Notes under the pieces: model-generated
The model's database searches: none
The model's input: only the letters and a program-made list of their open reading frames with translations
What the model was told of the DNA's origin: nothing
NCBI GenBank assembly: GCA_963847445.1
Contig: CAWJZV010000006.1
Coordinates: 1-64,000, forward strand
Length of the DNA: 64,000 nt
Direction of reading: 5' to 3'
Origin: an uncultured delta proteobacterium
GTDB taxonomy: Bacteria > Desulfobacterota > Binatia > UBA9968
Shown: piece by piece, positions 59,709 to 64,000 of the stretch
Layout of the letters: the number at the start of each line of letters is the position of its first letter
How positions within the stretch are numbered: position 1 is the first letter of the stretch
Made by a program: the position numbers and the translations under genes

Positions 59709-60716
59709 ATGGTCATGGCCGATAAAAATACCTGGGGTATCGTCCTCGCGGCCGGCGAAGGCAATCGGGTTCGGGAGTTTTTCTCCGCGCTGTGCGGCGG
59801 GCGAGGTATCAAACAATTTTGCTCGGTTCTTGGCAAACGCTCTTTGCTACAAATGACCTTGGATCGTGTGCAGCAACTGATTCCACGCGAGCGCATTCTT
59901 ATCATCGTCGACAAACGCCACCGGCCGGAAGCGGCCGCGCAGCTCGCCGGCTGGCCAGAAGAGAATATTATCTATCAGCCAGCTAATCGCGAGACCGCTC
60001 CCGGCATCCTGTTGCCCCTGGCCCATGTCAGCCATCGCTGCCCGGACGCGACCGTGGCAGTGTTTCCGTCAGACCATTTCATCTCTAACGAGCGCGGCTT
60101 TATGTCCCATGTGGCGAAAGCCGTTGAGGAAACCAAAATGTTCCCGGCCAGCGCGGTTCTGTTGGGGATGACACCGGACCGGATCGAAGAGGGCTACGGC
60201 TGGATTAGCAGTCTGGAGGACGGCAAAGATAAATGCAGCCGCGCAGTGCGCGGATTTTGGGAAAAACCGTCCCTACCCCATGCTGAGAAATTGATGCAAG
60301 ACGGCGCTCTATGGAACACTTTCGTGTTTGCCGCGCGCGCGGCAACGCTGTGGGAGATGACGCGTCAAACCGTCCCAGAGCTCTACGGAGCATTCACGGG
60401 CGTCCGGATCATGCTAGGGACAAACCATGCGGACAAATATATCGATCAAACCTATGAGCGCCTATGCGCGGTCAATTTCAGCTCGGCGATTCTCGCCCGG
60501 TGCGCGGCGCGCCTGCGAGTGCTCCCTGTGCCGGAGATCGGCTGGAGCGACTGGGGTAGCGCCGATAGAATCCTCGACTCAGTAATGCGCATGGGACGTG
60601 TCGGCGAACTTGCTGCGCGCCTGGAGAAACATAGTGTCGGCGACCCGTCGTTGGCAAATCTGCTTTCGCGTTTTCAAACGTATCGGAAGCAGGTAGCGTA
60701 CGAAGCGCAGTTATAG
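59709..60716 (+). CDS. sugar-phosphate nucleotidyltransferase (mannose-1-phosphate guanylyltransferase-like, no isomerase domain)
   Basis: IVLAAGEG.R, KQFC, QP.NRETAPG, FPSDH, YGWI, FWEKP, WNT, WSDWG. Confidence 0.88.
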   Translation: MVMADKNTWGIVLAAGEGNRVREFFSALCGGRGIKQFCSVLGKRSLLQMTLDRVQQLIPRERILIIVDKRHRPEAAAQLAGWPEENIIYQPANRETAPGILLPLAHVSHRCPDATVAVFPSDHFISNERGFMSHVAKAVEETKMFPASAVLLGMTPDRIEEGYGWISSLEDGKDKCSRAVRGFWEKPSLPHAEKLMQDGALWNTFVFAARAATLWEMTRQTVPELYGAFTGVRIMLGTNHADKYIDQTYERLCAVNFSSAILARCAARLRVLPVPEIGWSDWGSADRILDSVMRMGRVGELAARLEKHSVGDPSLANLLSRFQTYRKQVAYEAQL

Positions 60717-60861
60717 AGCAGAGCTCCGCGCTCACGACAAGTGATGACTTCACATGGGTTAGAAAACCCATCCGCTAAAAACTGACGCGCCAACGGCGCG
60801 ATTCAGCCGTTTGCGTGGAGGCGGGGCAGCACCCGTTAGATTGCTGCGGCAACCGTAAAAT

Positions 60862-61548
60862 TTACTTTCTCAATGCCGCGATACGGTCTTCCGTGGCAGG
60901 ATGGCTTGATAAAAACCCACCACCGCCGCCGCCGCGTTTTTCCTGGCTGAGAATCCATTGGAGAGTTCGTTCCATGGTTTGAGGAGGAAACCCGGCCCGG
61001 TCTAGCAGTTCCATGCCGTGGCGATCGGCGGCGAATTCTTCTTTACGGCTGTACCCCCGGGCAATCAGAGTACCGGCAATCGGTGTTACCGCACTGCTGC
61101 CGGGGATCAATTGCTCCAACAGAACTACACCAATATTCAATCCGGCGCCGAGCACCTGCGCCTTGGCCACGTGGCCGAGATCGTCATGGGCGATTTCATG
61201 GGCTAGCACGCCGCGCAATTGCTCGTCGCTAGCTTTCTGTAGTAATCCGGTCGTAACGTAAAATTCGCCGCCACCGGCATTGGCCGCATTGATGCTCGGA
61301 TCGTCAATCAATCCGATGCGCACCTGGTTGGCCGATTTGCGCTTATCTGTCGCCTGTAGGAGCGGTATCATTGTGCGCTTCAGCCGTTCAGCCTGGCGGC
61401 TATCGAAGGGAACCGTGCGAACGCTAGACTGCGGCTGCGCCCCAGAGCCGGCGCCTCCCGAACTCGTGACCAGCTCGGCGCATCCGTTGCCGAGCAAGAG
61501 GGCCAGAGCTGTCCCCGCCGCTGTATTCATCATAAATTTCAGCTTCAT
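60862..61548 (-). CDS. M48 family metalloprotease lipoprotein
   Basis: LGNGC lipobox, INAA..GG, VLAHEIAH, YSRKEEFAAD, LSSHP.TEDRI. Confidence 0.92.
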   Translation of the reverse strand: MKLKFMMNTAAGTALALLLGNGCAELVTSSGGAGSGAQPQSSVRTVPFDSRQAERLKRTMIPLLQATDKRKSANQVRIGLIDDPSINAANAGGGEFYVTTGLLQKASDEQLRGVLAHEIAHDDLGHVAKAQVLGAGLNIGVVLLEQLIPGSSAVTPIAGTLIARGYSRKEEFAADRHGMELLDRAGFPPQTMERTLQWILSQEKRGGGGGGFLSSHPATEDRIAALRK

Positions 61549-61713
61549 TCGTGACTCTCAGGTCGCAGCAGCGCTTTGTTTCAATGCGACATTATTGCGC
61601 CCATCAAGATGACGCTCAGGCGGGATACCGATAGCGTTGCCCTACGCCGCGGTCCGGCTCCGGGCGTCAACGTTTAGGCGGTTGTAAGAATGTTTGCCTC
61701 TTTACTTTATTTT

Positions 61714-61956
61714 TTAATAGATGATCGACCCTTTTTCGATTTGCTCCTTGCGCTGTTCGTACTCGCGGCGCTCGATGCGGCCGGATCTCAGGTCATCGTC
61801 CAATTGATCCATCTGCCGTTTTGATTGAACTTCGTAACCGGCTCCGGTCCCCAGCACTCCTGCTGCCGCACCGCCCCAAAACGCGGGGCTGCACGCGCTA
61901 AATCCCAGTGTCGATGCAAGTAATCCCAGCATGGCAAACTGTTTCAATCTTTTCAT
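61714..61956 (-). CDS. small lipoprotein, hypothetical
   Basis: FSAC lipobox, Gly/Ala-rich segment, charged helical C-terminus; GGGGG RBS. Confidence 0.75.
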   Translation of the reverse strand: MKRLKQFAMLGLLASTLGFSACSPAFWGGAAAGVLGTGAGYEVQSKRQMDQLDDDLRSGRIERREYEQRKEQIEKGSIIY

Positions 61957-62011
61957 AGTATCCCCCTGTTTATTTTTGCGCCGCCAATTGCGGCCTCATA
62001 AGAGCAAGGGG

Positions 62012-62027
62012 AGCAAAAGAAATGCCA
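62012..62027 (-). promoter_or_regulatory. sigma54 promoter candidate upstream of lipoprotein-M48 pair
   Basis: minus strand TGGCAT-TTCTT-TTGCT, 56 nt from the start codon. Confidence 0.68.
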
Positions 62028-62154
62028 TCGTGCTGACAGAGAAATTAAAAAGACTCATCAATTGAACTCAAGTTTTGCTGCCGCACTGTCCTACAAACGA
62101 GAGCATTATATTAAAAACAATTGCGGGAGTGGGACGTTGTTAGACGGAATAATG

Positions 62155-62278
62155 GGTAGTGGTTCAGTTTCGAAATCATCTGTAGGGGCGACCCCCCTGT
62201 GGTCGCCCGTCCCAGAGGGCAGACACAGGGGTCTGCCCCTACATTGGGGATTGGTTGAAATCAAAGTGAACCACTACC
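62155..62278. repeat. nested MITE/REPIN-like element
   Basis: outer IR GGTAGTGGTTCAGTTT / AAAGTGAACCACTACC; inner inverted GTAG-REP pair TGTAGGGGCGACC..GGTCGCCC (62181-62208) and GGGCAGAC..GTCTGCCCCTACA (62217-62243). Confidence 0.85.
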
Positions 62279-62362
62279 GAATAATGGCGTGACTGGCGAT
62301 AACTTGTTGGTCCGCAGTTTGCTGGACTCTTTCTTCATAACAATTACAAGGGGAATAAAATT

Positions 62363-62980
62363 ATGCATGCTCAATCCTATCGCCCGAAAAAATTCAATAT
62401 CGCTGGACTCAAGGGAATTTCCGATAAGACCGTTGAAATGCATCTGAAGCTCTACGACGGCTACGTGAAAAATACCAATCTCATAACTGAGCAATTGGCC
62501 GAAATGATGCGCCAGAAAAAAGCGGCAGCGACAAACCCTGCGTATGCCGAACTTAAGCGCCATCTCGGCTTCGAATATGGCGGCATGGTCCTGCATGAGT
62601 ATTACTTCGGTATTCTTGCGTCCGACGGCGGCACGCCGACTGATAATTTTAAAAGCGCAGTCGAAGAGAGTTTCGGCAGCTTTGAGAACTGGAAGACGGA
62701 TTTCGTCGGCGTCGGCAATATGCGCGGCGTTGGCTGGGCGATCCTTTACCAAGATCCGGTAACCGAGCAGCTTTCTAATCACTGGATCGAACTTCATCAG
62801 CAAGGTGTGCCCTCCGGCTTCAAACCGATTGTGGTCATGGATGTCTGGGAACATGCTTTCCTGCTCGACTACAAGCCCGCCGAGCGTGATAAATATATCG
62901 ACGCGTTCTTTGCCAACGTCGATTGGCACAGGATCGACGACAATCTGACGAGCGCGGCCGCGACCCGCCCCGTGGGTTAA
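62363..62980 (+). CDS. Fe/Mn superoxide dismutase family protein
   Basis: metal ligands in MHLKLY, LHEYYF, MDVWEHAF; FGSFENWK..F, GWAIL. Confidence 0.92.
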   Translation: MHAQSYRPKKFNIAGLKGISDKTVEMHLKLYDGYVKNTNLITEQLAEMMRQKKAAATNPAYAELKRHLGFEYGGMVLHEYYFGILASDGGTPTDNFKSAVEESFGSFENWKTDFVGVGNMRGVGWAILYQDPVTEQLSNHWIELHQQGVPSGFKPIVVMDVWEHAFLLDYKPAERDKYIDAFFANVDWHRIDDNLTSAAATRPVG

Positions 62981-63692
62981 AATTACCCCGCGATGTAAAA
63001 CCTGGCGGGTTATGTGCGCAGTAATTTACCGGGTTGGTGGCCGAGAATTACTGGTTAGGACAATCCCAATTCGTCGCCGTGAATCCGAAACAGCTGTCTC
63101 AATAACAATACACTGACTTAATACAAGTCCTGTTTATAGCACATTCAGCGAACCGGCTTGGCCAAATTGAAAGGTTGGCGTCGGCACACTGTTTGCACCA
63201 ACTAAGACCATGGAATTCGTATGTCGACATTGTGATGAACTTTGCAACGACGAGGCTTACCGAGTAGTCAGCGTCGAAAACGACATAGTTTTGCTGAACA
63301 TGATCGTCTGTCACCGATGTGCACAGGTGGCCCGCGGCTTAAATCTGCCAACGCTGAAAATCGACCTTCGTTCCCACCTAGTAACCTAACGCACGACAGA
63401 TTTTAAACCGTCACGTAAAATAGTTTGCCTTTTCGCCGGACGGAGTTCATAAAGCCTGCCCGCGTAGTTTGTAATGTCGGGTAGCGCATCCCATTAGGAT
63501 AAATCATTAAGGCCTATGATTAATGCAAGAGGTTAAGAATTCTTTTAATTTTGTCCCTGGTAAATTTGTAGATCCCAGTTCCTCCGATCGTTGCTCAAAA
63601 TAATTTCTTGCGGGAGTCCTGCAAGAAGGGCCATGGCGAACCTGCTCGCGAAAGAGATACCGCAATATTCCACGCGATAGGTTTGCGGAATC

Positions 63693-63708
63693 TGGCACGT
63701 GCTTTGCC
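63693..63708 (+). promoter_or_regulatory. sigma54 promoter, consensus match
   Basis: TGGCAC-GTGCT-TTGCC. Confidence 0.62.
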
Positions 63709-63875
63709 ATTTCAATTCGACTAATGGATTGCGACCAGCATGGTCTATCGACTTCGTGGAATTGCGCGCAACGGCGATGGAAAGGTGTAAGCCTCGAGTA
63801 ATCATGCGAGCGACAAGATCAACGTCGTGGGTCACTAGTTTAGCGAAAGCGCCATTAAGAATGGAGGTCGTCGCC

Positions 63876-64000
63876 ATGTCAAGCCTGGTTTTCATTCTGG
63901 CCCAGGCAGTGGCGCCACTAGGCGGAACACAGGTTCACGGTGGCGAACCGGCGCCGGCGGCGACTCAAAAATATGTCGATGCTGAAACCGCGCAACGCCT
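63876..64000 (+). CDS. 5' part of a hypothetical protein running off the window
   Basis: GGAGG RBS, ATG 63876, open frame MSSLVFILAQAVAPLGG... to window end; downstream of a sigma54 motif. Confidence 0.45.
   Translation, partial: MSSLVFILAQAVAPLGGTQVHGGEPAPAATQKYVDAETAQR

Noticed and set aside
63099-63895. Minus-strand ORFs 63099-63314, 63507-63710 and 63545-63895
   Set aside because: No motifs or clear RBS, in an AT-richer intergenic-looking region; the plus-strand promoter motif and RBS-ATG 63876 are better supported.

Overview
Bacterial, GC-rich (~60%) 64-kb accessory region with no rRNA, tRNA, CRISPR array or transposase that I could detect. Gene style tentatively suggests a soil deltaproteobacterium-like organism such as Ca. 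Binatia (inference only). The content reads as a general-stress/stationary-phase island. Effectors: Ku plus a 43-aa LigD stump, DUF2231, GlsB/YeaQ, PoxB-like enzyme, CsbD, BON/OsmY, FtsH, Gfo/Idh/MocA oxidoreductase, Cys-rich Cu four-helix bundle, PQQ sugar dehydrogenase, a caa3-type oxidase operon, RlpA, DegP, a CBS protein, NDH-2, two M48 proteases and SOD. Signalling: kaiC-kaiB-kaiB-kinase, CheB-CheR-PAS kinase, an 11-repeat poly-HAMP hybrid kinase and several PAS/REC kinases. Many genes are split by 1-nt frameshifts, most likely long-read consensus errors. Most notable unannotated structure: (1) a family of 9-nt-period GTTCAA...TTGAAC inverted arrays sitting at four successive gene junctions of the oxidase operon, three opening with a coupled ATG mini-ORF and some carrying nested REPs; (2) about ten correctly oriented sigma54-type (-24/-12) motifs in front of the stress genes, suggesting an RpoN-driven general stress regulon; (3) an A-type oxidase subunit I apparently lacking the K-channel Lys and both D-channel Asn; (4) several small proteins and pseudogenes missed by the ORF track.
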